Shown piece by piece: positions 21,642-33,000 of a DNA stretch of 64,000 bases. The notes below the pieces were generated by a model that ran no database searches, had not been told where the DNA came from, and worked only from the letters and a program-made list of their open reading frames with translations. Position 1 is the first letter of the stretch. Each line of letters opens with the position of its first letter. The DNA is from an uncultured Planctomycetota bacterium (GTDB taxonomy: Bacteria > Planctomycetota > Planctomycetia > Isosphaerales > Isosphaeraceae). The stretch covers positions 928,001-992,000 of the forward strand of contig CAWGMQ010000004.1 of NCBI GenBank assembly GCA_963823665.1. The letters are read 5' to 3'. Made by a program: the position numbers and the translations under genes.

Positions 21642-22870
21642 TCAGGCGAGGTGCTTCTCGGCCTCGCTCAGAAGGTGGGCGAAGTTGAGCCGGCTCGGGC
21701 ACGCCTGCCGGGCCGCCTCGAGATCGGCGCCGGTCCAGTCGCGCGCTTCTTCCGAAAGCTTCGCATACTCGGCTCGGGCATGTTCCCGATCGCCGTAACC
21801 TTGATGATACGTCAGGTACCGCGTGATGTTGCCGAGCTCGGCGTTTGTTCCCGCAGCCACCATGCACCGGCCGTCGCAGTCCGTGCACATCATCGGCCCC
21901 TGGGCCAGAATCGCGTCGCGAAGCTGGTGGATGTCTGCCGTCTTGAGCGGCTCGAACCTCCGCGCCGCGTCGGCATTTTCGCGGAGATGGTCGGTGTTCC
22001 GCATCGAGACGCACGAGGCACTGATTCGCTCGTCCGTCCAGATCGCGTGCAACAGCCCCTGGAATACGGTCAGGTTCCGCTCCGCAAGCGTCGGTACCTT
22101 GCGCTTCACGTCTTCCAGGATATTCCCCTTCGGCTTGTCGCCGAACTGCGCGGTTGCGATCTGCTTCATCGTGATGAGGCCCACGCCCTTCTCCCACGCG
22201 ACGTCGAGCGCCTTGTTGAGCGGCGAATCCTTGTCGAGCCAGGGCGCGTACTGAAGCATGATCGCATCAACCGTCCCCGCCTCGGCAGCCGCCTTGATCA
22301 TCGCAGCTCGGTCCTTGTGATGGGCCGAAAACCCGATGAACCTGGCCTTGCCTGATTTCTTGATCGCGTCGGCTGTTTCCCGGAATTCCTTGCCGGTGAT
22401 GAAGTCGATCGTCTTGTCGAGCTTCCATCCGTCGCCCAGCCCGTGCACGAAGAAGAGATCGATGTAGTCCGTTCCGAGCGCGGCCAGGCGCTCGTCGACC
22501 ATTTTCAACAGGTCTTTGGGCTCTTTGGGCAAGTCTTTGGTGACGAGGAAGATCTGCTTGCGCACTTCGGGAGACTGCTCGAACCAACCCTTGAAAAGCC
22601 GCTCGGTGCCGTAGACCTTGGCCGTGTCGAAAAGGCGAATGCCGTTGGCAAACGCCTGCTTGAGAATGCGGTCCTGCCCTCGCACCGCCCCTTGTTCGAG
22701 GACGGTCACCTCGACACCGGTCTTCCCCAGCTTCCGCGTCATGAGCGGCGCAGCGTCCTTGGCAGGGGCAGGTTCCTGCGCGTGCGCCCGGGCGCAACGC
22801 TAGCCGCGCCGGCCGCCGCCGTTGCGAGCGCTCCGGCCTGGAGAAACGTGCGACGATCGGTCCGATTCAT
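21642..22870 (-). CDS. Aldo/keto reductase with Tat signal and C-terminal Cys cluster (frameshift at ~22789)
   Basis: MNRTDRRTFLQAG; RKLGKTG, FDTAKVY, LVTK, DYIDLFFVH; CTDCDGRC...CP. Confidence 0.85.
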
Positions 22871-23346
22871 TTCGTCGTGGCCCATCTCGATCGACTCCTC
22901 ATCACAAAAGAATGGAACGCCCGTCTCCCCGACCTGGTGCGTTCAGAAGCCATGAAGGAAGCCAGCGAGCGCGAGAGTCCTCACGCGGTCACGGCCCGAA
23001 TTCGCCGAATGAACACTTTAACCATTCCGGCCGCCCGCGGGCAATGGATCGGCCCCGAAACCACTCGGGTTCGGCACCCGAGTTGCGACTGATTCGGTCC
23101 ACGAACAGAGGATCCAGCCGGGTCTTCACCGCGCCCGGTGGTTGACGTCGCCCCCAGTCGTCGGAGATACTCGCCCTGTTCGCAAGGTCACCTGTTTCAG
23201 ATTGGTCGCGCCGAGTTTTTGCTTGAATTGTAGGTTTCGCTTCGAACCTTTTCTCCCATTTCGTCGATCTGAGGATGTTCGAAACACTTCATTATCGGCG
23301 GTCCGGGGGGCAAATTGGAGAGTCAGTCGACTCAAGGAGCTCCAGA

Positions 23347-23709
23347 ATGAAACCGGCTTACAAGACGCTGGCAACCGCGGGCGCAGTCGCGATTGCGTGC
23401 ATGGCATTTAGTACTTCGTCAGCACACGCCCAGGCATTCTCTTTCGGCTATTCAGGGCCGGGAGTATCCGTGGGAGTAAACACGGGCAACTATGGCTACT
23501 TCGGCGGTGGCGGCTATTATGGAGGCGGCTACTACGGCGGATACCCGGTTCTCGCGCCGCGGGCATTCGTCGCCGGTCCGGTCGCACCGGTTTACGTGCG
23601 GCCGCCGGTTTTCCTCGGCGGGCCGGCCGTCCTTCCGCGGCCCTACGTCGTCGCCAGGCCCTACGGCCGGTATCGGCCTTACCCTGGTTACTATCGGCGT
23701 GGCTGGTAG
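23347..23709 (+). CDS. Small secreted Gly/Tyr/Pro-rich protein
   Basis: AAGGAG RBS; signal peptide ending AHA; low-complexity GGYYGG and PVYVRPP tracts. Confidence 0.7.
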   Translation: MKPAYKTLATAGAVAIACMAFSTSSAHAQAFSFGYSGPGVSVGVNTGNYGYFGGGGYYGGGYYGGYPVLAPRAFVAGPVAPVYVRPPVFLGGPAVLPRPYVVARPYGRYRPYPGYYRRGW

Positions 23710-23797
23710 TGAATGACCTGGCCGCGTTCGTGGTCCGTCGTCGGTGGCCGCGTGGATTCAGTCGGCACAACCCGCTCTGACGACGGACCAGGGACCC

Positions 23798-25189
23798 ATG
23801 GCACTCCTCTCACTGCTCCTCTGGACGGCGTTCGCACCCGACGTTTCTCCCTCCGAGCTTCGCGCGGGCGCCGCGGCGGTTGCGATCACCCCGCCGGCCG
23901 GCATCCCGATGGCCGGCTACTACTCCGAACGCGGAGCCCAGGGGATCCACGACGATCTCTTCGCCAAAGCGATCGTCATCGAGCAGGGCGGCACGAAGGC
24001 CGCGCTTGTCGCACTCGACCTGATCGCCGCGCCGCGCGATCTCGTTGAAGATGCGCGCGCCGCGATCGAACGCACCTGCCATGTGCCCGGCGCCCACGTG
24101 ATGATCAGCGCCACCCATTCGCACACGGGGCCGATCGTCGATACGAAGAATCGCTTCGGCGGACAGTCCGATCTTGTAAAAAGCTACCGCGCCTCGCTTC
24201 CCTCGAGGATCGCCGAGGCCGTGCGTCGGGCCGAATCACGCCTGACCGCAGTGACGCTCTCGGCCGCGCGCGGCCAGGAGTCGTCGATCGCATTCAATCG
24301 ACGCTTCCACATGAAGGATGGAACAGTCGGCTGGAACCCGGGAAAGGGAAACCCGAAGATCATCAAGCCCGCCGGCACGATCGATCCCGACGTACCGGTG
24401 CTCTACTTCGAAACGGCCGAGAAGAAACCCGTTGCCACCTACGTCAACTATGCGGTTCATCTCGACAACATCGGCGAGCCCTTGATCTCGGCCGACATGC
24501 CGGCAACCTTGAGCCGCTGCCTGGCCGACTTCAAAGGCCCGGAGATGGTGACGCTATTCACGGCCGGCTGTTGCGGCGATGTCAACCACGTCGACGTCCA
24601 CTGGAACGCGCCACAGCGCGGCTTCGCCAACCCCGCGCGGATGGGAATCATCCTGGCGGGCGAGGTTCTGCGCACCTGGCCGCGCCTGGCGCCGATCGCT
24701 CCCGCCCCTCTGCGCGTCAAGACCGAAAAGGTCACCCTGCCGCTCACGAAGCTCGAGAACGGCGACCTCGAGAAGGCGCAAGCCACGGTCGCGCGCATGA
24801 GCGGCGAGGCTTCGAAGAAACCTGCGTTCATGGAGATGGTGCAGGCGTTCAAGGTGCTCGACGTGGCTGAGCGAAACGGCAAGCCGCACGAAGTCGAGGT
24901 TCAGGTGATCGCCCTGGGAAAAGACGTCGCCTGGGTCTCGCTCCCCGGCGAGGTCTTCACCGAGCTGGGCCTGGCCATCAAGCAAGACTCTCCGTTCCCC
25001 ACAACCATCATCGCCGAGCTGGCCAACGGCCTGCTCGGCTACATCCCATCCCGTCGCGCCTACGCCCAGGGCAATTATGAAGTCGTGAGCGCCCGTTGCG
25101 GCCCAGGGTCCGGCGAGCTGCTGGTCGACGCAGCCGTCAAGATGCTGCACGATCTGCACGCATCGTCGACCGCCGCCGCGCAAAAGTAA
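23798..25189 (+). CDS. Neutral/alkaline ceramidase-like hydrolase
   Basis: ITPPAGIPMAGY, HDDL, ISATHSHTGP, NYAVH, LPGEVF, ELANG..GYIP. Confidence 0.8.
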   Translation: MALLSLLLWTAFAPDVSPSELRAGAAAVAITPPAGIPMAGYYSERGAQGIHDDLFAKAIVIEQGGTKAALVALDLIAAPRDLVEDARAAIERTCHVPGAHVMISATHSHTGPIVDTKNRFGGQSDLVKSYRASLPSRIAEAVRRAESRLTAVTLSAARGQESSIAFNRRFHMKDGTVGWNPGKGNPKIIKPAGTIDPDVPVLYFETAEKKPVATYVNYAVHLDNIGEPLISADMPATLSRCLADFKGPEMVTLFTAGCCGDVNHVDVHWNAPQRGFANPARMGIILAGEVLRTWPRLAPIAPAPLRVKTEKVTLPLTKLENGDLEKAQATVARMSGEASKKPAFMEMVQAFKVLDVAERNGKPHEVEVQVIALGKDVAWVSLPGEVFTELGLAIKQDSPFPTTIIAELANGLLGYIPSRRAYAQGNYEVVSARCGPGSGELLVDAAVKMLHDLHASSTAAAQK

Positions 25190-25197
25190 CGCCTCAT

Positions 25198-25266
25198 GGT
25201 CGCCTTTCGCTCCGCGAAAGTGCGTCTGTCGGCCGCACCCATTGTCGTCCTTCGCTCCGCGAAGGA
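25198..25266. repeat. Tandem REP-like hairpins
   Basis: CTTTCGC-TCC-GCGAAAG (25204-25220) and TCCTTCGC-TCC-GCGAAGGA (25248-25266). Confidence 0.7.
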
Positions 25267-25358
25267 AAATCTCTCAATTGAGCATTCGTCCGCCGAAGAT
25301 CACCACCGCCGCGACACAATGCCCTCACGCACCGTGATAGATATGTAGGATTAACGCC

Positions 25359-28049
25359 ATGTTCACCATCGTCCCCGGCCTGTTTGCCGTCGCCCTCCTG
25401 GCTCAACCCTCAGACTCGATCGCCTTGTCAGGCACCGTGGTCGATGCTGCGAGAAAACCGGTTCCCGACGCGGAGGTCTTGTTCGCGGCACGATTTCCCG
25501 CGGATGGATCATTCCCCACACTGGCACGAACGATGTCCGACGCTCAAGGCGCATTCCGCCTCGACGTCCCCCGGCAGCGATTGAAGGGAATCGGAAGAAT
25601 TCAGTTCATCTGGGCCTACCGCCCCGGCCGAGCCGTCGGCGTCCAGCCGGTCAACGTGTCGGGCAACGGCGCATCGCCGCCGGTGCAGGTCACTCTGGCT
25701 GAGCCGTTGAAACGGACCGTATCCATCCTCGATTCCGACGGCCATCCGGTCGCGGGAGCTCGTGTTGCGCCGGTCCTTCACACTACAGGCGAGCGCACGG
25801 TGTCGTTCACCACACCTGACGATCGTCTCGAGAGCATGATGGTCATGACCGACGCGAACGGTGTGGCCACGCTTCCCTATCTCCCCGTCACGATCGATCC
25901 GCTCACAATACAGGTGAAGGTACCCGGATTCGTCCCGCACAACCTACCAGTTCCCTATCGTCCGGGCAGCGATCGGTACGAGTTGACTCTCGGGCGGCCG
26001 GCGGGACTGGCCGGTTCCGTCTCCTTTGACTCGGGGCAACCGGCAGCAAATGTCGCGGTCGAGGTCTGGGTGCAAAATCGGTACTGGCTACCGATGGCCC
26101 CGTCCGATCGTCTGGTAATCGGTATGCCAAGTCCCATCCACTTCGCGTCCGGGCCGGTTCGTACGCGGGCCGATGGCTCGTTCGAAACGCCCCAGCAGCT
26201 CATGACGGGCTCAGACTACCGGACCATCATCAGGCCCGATGGTGAGCCTTTCGTCGCTTCTGAATGGTTCACGGCAAAAAGCGACCTGACGATCGTTAAA
26301 CCGCTGCGCCTGCGGCTGCGCCGCAAACTGGCCGGGGTCGTCCAGGACCGCCAGGGCGCCCCGGTCGCCGGTGCGCGAGTGTTTCTCCCCTCAGGCGAAC
26401 CCGTGACCACGACCGATGCTCAAGGCCGCTTCCTGCTGCACGGAGTACTTCCCGAGAAGACCTACGTCTTGGCGGAGGCCGAGGGCTTCCGATTCCACGG
26501 CTGGCCGGCGGTCCCGAGCAGACAGCCGGAGGAGCGAAAGCTCGTGCTCGCACGAACGACTGAGCCCCCCGACCGCGCGATGCTGCCCCAACCGCCGCCA
26601 ATTTCGCCCGAGGAAGCACGAGCGCTCGCCCGGCGCGCGCTCGAGCCTTTGTTGCAAGCCGCCCTCGAGAAGGGCAACGACACTTCTCGTTTGAATTGCC
26701 TCCAGCTCCTGAGCCAGTTCGATCCCGCCCGCGCCCTCGCGTTGCTCGAGACCCATCATTTGCTGAATCCCGATGTCGAAGCCAGCCTCCGATACAGGAT
26801 CGCCGCCGAGCTGCTCGCAGTCGATCCCGTGGAAGCCGAATCGATCGTTGCCGCGATCGCGAACCCGCGCGTGCGAGTTCTAGGCTACGTGTGGCTGGCC
26901 GAGGCCTTCCCGGCCGCGGATCGAGACCGGAAGCTCAAGCTCATGGAGCAGGCGAGCGCTCGAGCACGCGCGCCCGCGGCTGCCGGGCAGGGCATCGACA
27001 TTCAGAGCCGCCTCTCGGAGCTGGCGCGAGTCGCCGGCGGCTGGCTCGAGCTGGGTCAGGCCGACAAGGCCCGTCCATTCATCCTCGAAGGATTGAAAAT
27101 CTGCGACGCGCTCCCGCCACGTGAGCGTTTTCAGCCAAATTTTTTGTCGACCGCAGCGCGGCTCGAGCTAGATCGCGTGTTGTCCCTGCTCCGCGATCAG
27201 AGCAGCGCCAGGCGTCGACATTGCTACGCCCCGATCACGGAAGCGCTCGCGACCGAGCATCCGGCCGAAGCGGAACGCATCTTTCAGCTCGTCGACGATT
27301 CGGTTGAGGTGGACGCTCTCCAACGTAAGGATCAACTCACCCTGCGCCTTTGTGGGCTCATGGCAAAGTCCGATCCGGAACGAGCACGACGGCTCATCGC
27401 CGGCCTGAAAACCCCAAGCGAGCAAGCCTGCGCGTGGGCTCTGCTGGCGTTCGGTCTGGCAGACCGGGATCAGCCTGCCGCACGCCGAGCGCTCGCCGAG
27501 TCGCTCAATCTGATCGATCGTCTGGACAGTCCGCGCCACGACCCCCCGGGACAGCGATTCCGCCAGATTGCGGTTGCCGTCAATCCCGCCGCGTCGATTC
27601 TTCCCATTGTGGAAAAAGTGGCTCCGGAGCGCCTCGAAGAGGTCTTCTGGAAGGCCGTCGCGTTGATGCCGAATGACGACATCGCCCGCGAGCGAGGCGC
27701 TGCTGACCCTCGGGTCGCGATCGCGGCGGTCTTCCTCGCTCGATACGACCGCGGAGTGGCCGACGTGTTCCTCACGCAGACAATGCCGTCGACGTCAAGC
27801 CGCCCGTTGGGAGTCGTTTCCAACGTCGCCACGATCATGCGAGCCAAGGCAGCCGCCAACCCACGCGGCGCTCTGGCCATGCTCGAATCGCTCCCTGCCG
27901 TCGATCCCAATCAGCCTGTCGCAGCAGCTCAAATGATCGATCAAGCCCGCGATTCCCTGATCACCTGCCTGGTCGAGCCGTTCGACGAACACTGGAAGCG
28001 CGTTTGGTATCTCGCGGGAATCCCACGCGATCGGAGCCGTAATCCGTGA
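25359..28049 (+). CDS. Large secreted protein with carboxypeptidase-regulatory-like repeats and a helical-repeat C-terminus
   Basis: Repeated G.VVD..G.PVAGA.V and TDA.G.F motifs; DP.RA helical repeats. Confidence 0.75.
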   Translation: MFTIVPGLFAVALLAQPSDSIALSGTVVDAARKPVPDAEVLFAARFPADGSFPTLARTMSDAQGAFRLDVPRQRLKGIGRIQFIWAYRPGRAVGVQPVNVSGNGASPPVQVTLAEPLKRTVSILDSDGHPVAGARVAPVLHTTGERTVSFTTPDDRLESMMVMTDANGVATLPYLPVTIDPLTIQVKVPGFVPHNLPVPYRPGSDRYELTLGRPAGLAGSVSFDSGQPAANVAVEVWVQNRYWLPMAPSDRLVIGMPSPIHFASGPVRTRADGSFETPQQLMTGSDYRTIIRPDGEPFVASEWFTAKSDLTIVKPLRLRLRRKLAGVVQDRQGAPVAGARVFLPSGEPVTTTDAQGRFLLHGVLPEKTYVLAEAEGFRFHGWPAVPSRQPEERKLVLARTTEPPDRAMLPQPPPISPEEARALARRALEPLLQAALEKGNDTSRLNCLQLLSQFDPARALALLETHHLLNPDVEASLRYRIAAELLAVDPVEAESIVAAIANPRVRVLGYVWLAEAFPAADRDRKLKLMEQASARARAPAAAGQGIDIQSRLSELARVAGGWLELGQADKARPFILEGLKICDALPPRERFQPNFLSTAARLELDRVLSLLRDQSSARRRHCYAPITEALATEHPAEAERIFQLVDDSVEVDALQRKDQLTLRLCGLMAKSDPERARRLIAGLKTPSEQACAWALLAFGLADRDQPAARRALAESLNLIDRLDSPRHDPPGQRFRQIAVAVNPAASILPIVEKVAPERLEEVFWKAVALMPNDDIARERGAADPRVAIAAVFLARYDRGVADVFLTQTMPSTSSRPLGVVSNVATIMRAKAAANPRGALAMLESLPAVDPNQPVAAAQMIDQARDSLITCLVEPFDEHWKRVWYLAGIPRDRSRNP

Positions 28050-28150
28050 AAGCGCGCAAAGCGAGAGACCAGCGTTTTTTGCATGGAAAGAGTTGCTCAA
28101 CGAACGATTCTGTGACAGAGTAGATGGGCGGCTGATTCGCGGCGCGGCTT

Positions 28151-29611
28151 TTGGCCGAATTGGTGGTTCAGTGGCGACCAGTTCATCGAGCCCCCCGATG
28201 GGGTGTTCTCCGAGCGGCGCCCAAAACAAAAGCTTCACCTCAGGCCTCCGAACTGCGGTGGGGCGCTGCCTTGCGGACGGAGACAGAACTGGTGAGCGCA
28301 GTCGACTTGACCCCGACGGATATTGCCAAAGAAGACTGTCGCCGCGGTGCGGAACGCCTTGCCCGGGGTGAAGTCGCTGCGGCTCGCAGTGATTTCGACC
28401 GTGCGATCGCAGCCGCGCCCATATTCCCCGAAGCGTACAACAATCGCGGAAAGAGCCGCCGGATACTTGGGGATTTCAAAGGCTCGATGGCCGATTTCAA
28501 TCGCGCACTCGAGATCGCCCCTCATTACGCGGAAGCGTACAACAATCGCGGAGTGAGCCGGCGGATACTTGGGGATTTCAAAGGCTCGATGGCCGATTTC
28601 AATCGCGCACTCGAGATCGCCCCGCGTTACGCCCAGGCCTACAGCAACCGCGGATCGCTGCGGCACGCCCTGGGGGACTTCGCCGGGGCGAGCGCCGACT
28701 GCGATCTGGCCATCGAGATCGATCCTGATAACGCCCAGTCGTATAACAATCGCGGGGCAGTGCGGCACGCGCGTGGCGACCTCACCGGGGCCGTCGCCGA
28801 TTTCGATCGCGCCCTTACGCTCATGCCGCGCTATGCGTCTGCATTTTGCAACCGCGGTGTCTCGCGGCATGCTCTGGGCGATTTCATGCGTGCCGTCGCC
28901 GATTTCGATAACGCCATCGTATTCTCGCCGCGGCAGGATCTGGCTCCGATACACTTCAATCGCGCCAAAACGCGCTACGCGCTCGGAAATCTCGCAGAAT
29001 CCGTGGCCGATTTTGATCAGGCGCTTTTGATCAAGCCCGATTGGACCGCGGGCTACACCGGGCGCGGACGGGCACGGTATGAGCTGGGGGACTATGACGG
29101 TGCCGTCGCCGACTTTGGTGCGGCTCTTCGGCTCACGCCGCCTCGCGCGAGCGCCCACATTTATCACAGCCGCGGTGGGGCGCGGCACGCCGCGGGCGAC
29201 TTTGACGGCGAGATCGCCGATTATAATCGGGCCCTCGAAATCGATCCCAAGATGTGCGTGGCCTACGTCTCCCGCGGCCACGCACGATTCCATCGGCGCG
29301 ACCCCCTGGCCGGGACCGATTACGTCAAGGCATTCTCGCTCGACTCGAAACTGGCCGCATCGGAAATCATCCGCGTCGTGTCGGCCGATTTCAAGCGCGA
29401 CCCCGCCGCCGTGCTGGAAAACTGCCGCAAACACATTCGCATTTCCCCAAAGGACTTCCTCGCTTATGGCCGGCGCGGACTGACTCGGCTGCTCCAGGGC
29501 GACGATTCCGCGGCTGAGCAAGACTTCAAGGAGTGGCTCAGGCTGGCCCCGCATTGGCGGGACATCATCCCGCTCTTGATCGACGAGGCAATGCGACAGC
29601 GAGTCGTGTAG
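28151..29611 (+). CDS. Tetratricopeptide repeat protein (true start probably ~28290-28310)
   Basis: Multiple 34-aa AYNNRG...A.ADF.RALEI.P repeats. Confidence 0.9.
   Translation: MAELVVQWRPVHRAPRWGVLRAAPKTKASPQASELRWGAALRTETELVSAVDLTPTDIAKEDCRRGAERLARGEVAAARSDFDRAIAAAPIFPEAYNNRGKSRRILGDFKGSMADFNRALEIAPHYAEAYNNRGVSRRILGDFKGSMADFNRALEIAPRYAQAYSNRGSLRHALGDFAGASADCDLAIEIDPDNAQSYNNRGAVRHARGDLTGAVADFDRALTLMPRYASAFCNRGVSRHALGDFMRAVADFDNAIVFSPRQDLAPIHFNRAKTRYALGNLAESVADFDQALLIKPDWTAGYTGRGRARYELGDYDGAVADFGAALRLTPPRASAHIYHSRGGARHAAGDFDGEIADYNRALEIDPKMCVAYVSRGHARFHRRDPLAGTDYVKAFSLDSKLAASEIIRVVSADFKRDPAAVLENCRKHIRISPKDFLAYGRRGLTRLLQGDDSAAEQDFKEWLRLAPHWRDIIPLLIDEAMRQRVV
28430..28633 (+). repeat. Near-identical 102-bp tandem duplication (one TPR unit)
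   Basis: GAAGCGTACAACAATCGCGGA...CGAGATCGCCCC occurs at 28430 and at 28532. Confidence 0.9.
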
Positions 29612-29633
29612 CCGCGAGCTCCACGGCCCGGAT

Positions 29634-30026
29634 TCACGCTCGTCGTGTGCGAATGAGCAAGTACCCCAGACAACCTCCCAGCGAATTGAGAATCAGGTCA
29701 TCCACGTCCGGCGTCCGCTGGCCGGAGTACAGTTGTCCCCCCTCGATGACCAAGCTCAAGCCAAGGCTAAGAACAAGAACATGCCAGAGCTTCACTCGCC
29801 GCTCGAAGATGAACGGTGGCAGCAACCCCATCGGTACGAATGCGACGATGTTGCCCACGAAATTGATGACGAACGGCCACCCTCCAACGTTCCAGTCGCG
29901 AATGATCGAGCGGAATGGGACGAGGTTCGCCTCGGGGTGCGCCCCTGGAAACTGGAACAACGCGATATCGAGCAGAAAGATCAGATAGGCAGTCAGAACG
30001 AATGCCAGGATTCTGCGGCGCCACAT
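29634..30026 (-). CDS. VanZ family membrane protein
   Basis: NLVPF...GNIVAFVPMG...IEGGQ...RTPDVDDLILNSLGG. Confidence 0.9.
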   Translation of the reverse strand: MWRRRILAFVLTAYLIFLLDIALFQFPGAHPEANLVPFRSIIRDWNVGGWPFVINFVGNIVAFVPMGLLPPFIFERRVKLWHVLVLSLGLSLVIEGGQLYSGQRTPDVDDLILNSLGGCLGYLLIRTRRA

Positions 30027-30053
30027 GCTTCTTCCTTTTGCGAGGCGATCAGC

Positions 30054-33000
30054 TCACGCGCCATCGATCTGCCGCACGATCGTCGGATCCCTTATCTTCG
30101 TGTCGTCGGCCAGGAGCAGAGCTTTGCTCAAAATGATCGAAAGCGTGTTATCACCCTCAAAGGGCAGGAACAGGTCCTCTTGCCTTGTTCTCGATCGAGA
30201 GTCGGGAACAATGCAAAGGTACTGGTCGTTGGGCTCCATCAGAATATTGCCCGAGCCGAGGTGGATCTTGTACGTGCGCTTCCGGCCGCGCACCACCAGG
30301 AAGCGCTCGCTGAACGAGCAGCGGTCAGCAATCTTGAGGCGAGGAATCAGCCGCTCCAGAGCCTGCTTTCGCGTGACGGCCGTGCCCGAAAGCTGGCCGA
30401 AGGAATACGCTTGCCAGTAATTCTGAAAGAGCCCTTCCGGGCCGCCGTCCTGCCAAGTCGGGTCATTGCCCACCGACGCGACTCCGACGAACAGGTCGAC
30501 GTCGCGCATGATCTCCGAGAACACCAGAGCCGGGATCTGCTCAAGCGGCACGGGTTCATTGATGTCGCCAGCTCCCGGTCCGCCGGCGCGGCTGCCGTAT
30601 CCACCACCGGCGGCGTGGGCCGCGTGTTGCGCCGCTTCGAGTCGATGGAAACGCACCTGATCCGTCGCCAGCCTCAAGAAAACACCGGAATCATTCGTGT
30701 CCGAACCGTAATCCTGGCCGATTCCCTCGACCCAGAACTCGGCGCGAAGCCCCCATTGCGGCAGCACCTTGAACGCCGGCGGGAAATCGGCATCGACCAT
30801 CAAACGCAGCTTGTTCTTCCAGCCTCGTGCTGCGCACAGAGCGTTGAACTGGTGCTGTCTGATGATGTGGGCGGCGAAGCGATTCGAGTAAGTGCGGGTG
30901 TTGCGCTCGGCGTCGGTCAACAGATAGATTTCACGATGGGCCTGCTTGAACGGTTGGGTGATTTCCAGTTCCTCGAGCCTACGTCGCCACGCGACGACTT
31001 CGTTAACGCCACGTCCAACCGGATGCCAGAGCGTGATCTCCGCGGTCTGTCCATGTTCGATTGGAGCGCCCTGCGCGTCGGTGGCTCGCCCATCCACGAA
31101 TAGCGCTGCTGTTCCATCGACGAACCAGATCAGTCGCCGCGCGATCGTGCCGATCAGCGGGTGGTCCAGATATCGCTCGCGCCACTGCCCGAGCGGCCAC
31201 GTTTTCTGCATCAGAAACATCGAGTCGATCCGGTCGCGCTGGGCGGGCAGCATCGCCTGGATGTCTTTGAGCGCCTGTTGCAGCTCGCTCCATTCCTCTT
31301 TGTGATCGCTCTTGACCTTCGCCGGCACGGACTTGAGCGGCTTGTCCTTCGTGTCGAACCACTTCAAGTCCGCGTCGGATCCGGTGACGATCAGTTCCGC
31401 GCGGTAACCGTCAAACACCTGGTGTCGCAGGCCGACCTCCTCGAGGCCGTACGACGGCACGCCCATTTCCTCGATCTGGTCACGCGGCAACCCGAGCGCC
31501 AAGGGCCGCGGCGGTGAACGCCTTCTCGATTTCCTTCTGTGCGGTTCCGAACCGGACGCGCACATTCAGCATGGCGAGCTGCCCGACGGCATCGACCGAA
31601 GACATCTCGGAAAGCGCATAGACGGCCGCGTTGCCCACCTTGACGGCGCACGGGCCGACACCCGGCACTTTCTTGTAAGCCGAGAGTGCCACCGATGTGA
31701 TCAGCCGCGCCAGCTCTTCATGCCGAGGCAATGTCTGCACCAGCCACAACAATCCTCGCAAGCACGTGGCGTTTTCTTCGTTCATCACGTCGGCGCCGCT
31801 GCGCGTATCGCCGGGATAAGAGCTCAGCTTTCGGATCGACTGGCCCCGCGCCACCAGGGGCAGCCACCGCAGGACTGCCTGCCGGACATTATCGGCGCCA
31901 ATCGCTTCCACAAGCTTGCGGGAAGCTGCCAGCCATTTGGCCGACGGCCTTGTTGCGGTCGCGGTCAGCGAGTGTCGCAGGAGCGCTGCCCACTTTGTTC
32001 GTTGCGGCGATTCAAGAAGCGTCAGGTCGGAATTGAGCCGCGTCGCTCCACGCCTCGCCTGGCACCAGGTAAAAACTCGCGCCATCACCGATCAAGCGTG
32101 ACAGGCGTTTGACTTCCTCCGAGACAGTTCCGAGCGGCGGCCCCGAGATCAGCGACGCGCGAAACAACCAGAGCACGTATCGTTCGCCTTCGGTGAGCGG
32201 CGAACGCGATGCCTCGCTCTCGGATTGCGAGATCACCTGCTCGATCGCGGTTCCGACCACCGCCTGGGCCTGCGCGGGCCGCGCCGAGAGATAAAGTGCC
32301 AGGTCGAAGAGCAAATCCCGCGGCGATTCGAAATGCGATCGCAGCAGCGGCGTCATGGTAGCGGCCGCCGTGGCACGCGACTGCCACACCTGCGTTTCCA
32401 TGAGGTTGCCGATTGGTGTGAGGAGCGCATTGATGTGCCGCTCGGCCGCTGCCAAGACCAGCTTCGCCATCTGCGCGGGAGCACGCGCAGAAGCGCTCGT
32501 CCGGCATCGAGGTTATTGAGATCAGGCTGGTGATAGTCGATAGTTCCAACGACCGACTCGAAGAAAGCAGACAGTCGCTTGTGCTCAGCTTCGAGCGGCG
32601 AATGGTCAGCCAACGTGAACTGGTCTGGCTCGAGCATCGTGTCCGAGGGCGCCGTATCGCCCGGTATCATTCCGCGGAGCTTCTTGAGCTCGGTCAGCAC
32701 GCCTGCGGTGCCAGCCGGCGCCGGCGGAGGAGCGGGTCTGGTCTCGACCGCGTCTGACGGATTCGCGTCCGTCTCAGGCACCGCACCAGCACAAAGCTTC
32801 TCCAAGGCGTTGCCTAGTCGCTTCGCCTCACTGTCGGGTGTCGACCTGAGCTGCGCCGCGAACCTCCGAATGGCATCGCCCAGCTCCAGATCGATCGGCT
32901 CCTTCGACGCGAACCGCTCAACGGCACGGGTGATCTGCCCCAACGGGCACAGCAGCTTGGAAATCTGCGGCGCCGCACTGCACCAGTCCAGGATGGCAAC

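Noticed and set aside
23240..23345. Possible c-di-GMP riboswitch (GGCAAA...) or ECF promoter upstream of the Gly/Tyr-rich gene
   Set aside because: Stems and downstream consensus are missing, AAGGAG is simply the RBS, and the promoter spacing is unconvincing
25198..28633. CRISPR array suggested by short repeats
   Set aside because: Only two copies each, no spacer periodicity and no cas genes; they are REP-like hairpins and coding TPR repeats
29634..30026. Glycopeptide resistance locus (VanZ)
   Set aside because: VanZ-family genes are widespread and no other van genes are present
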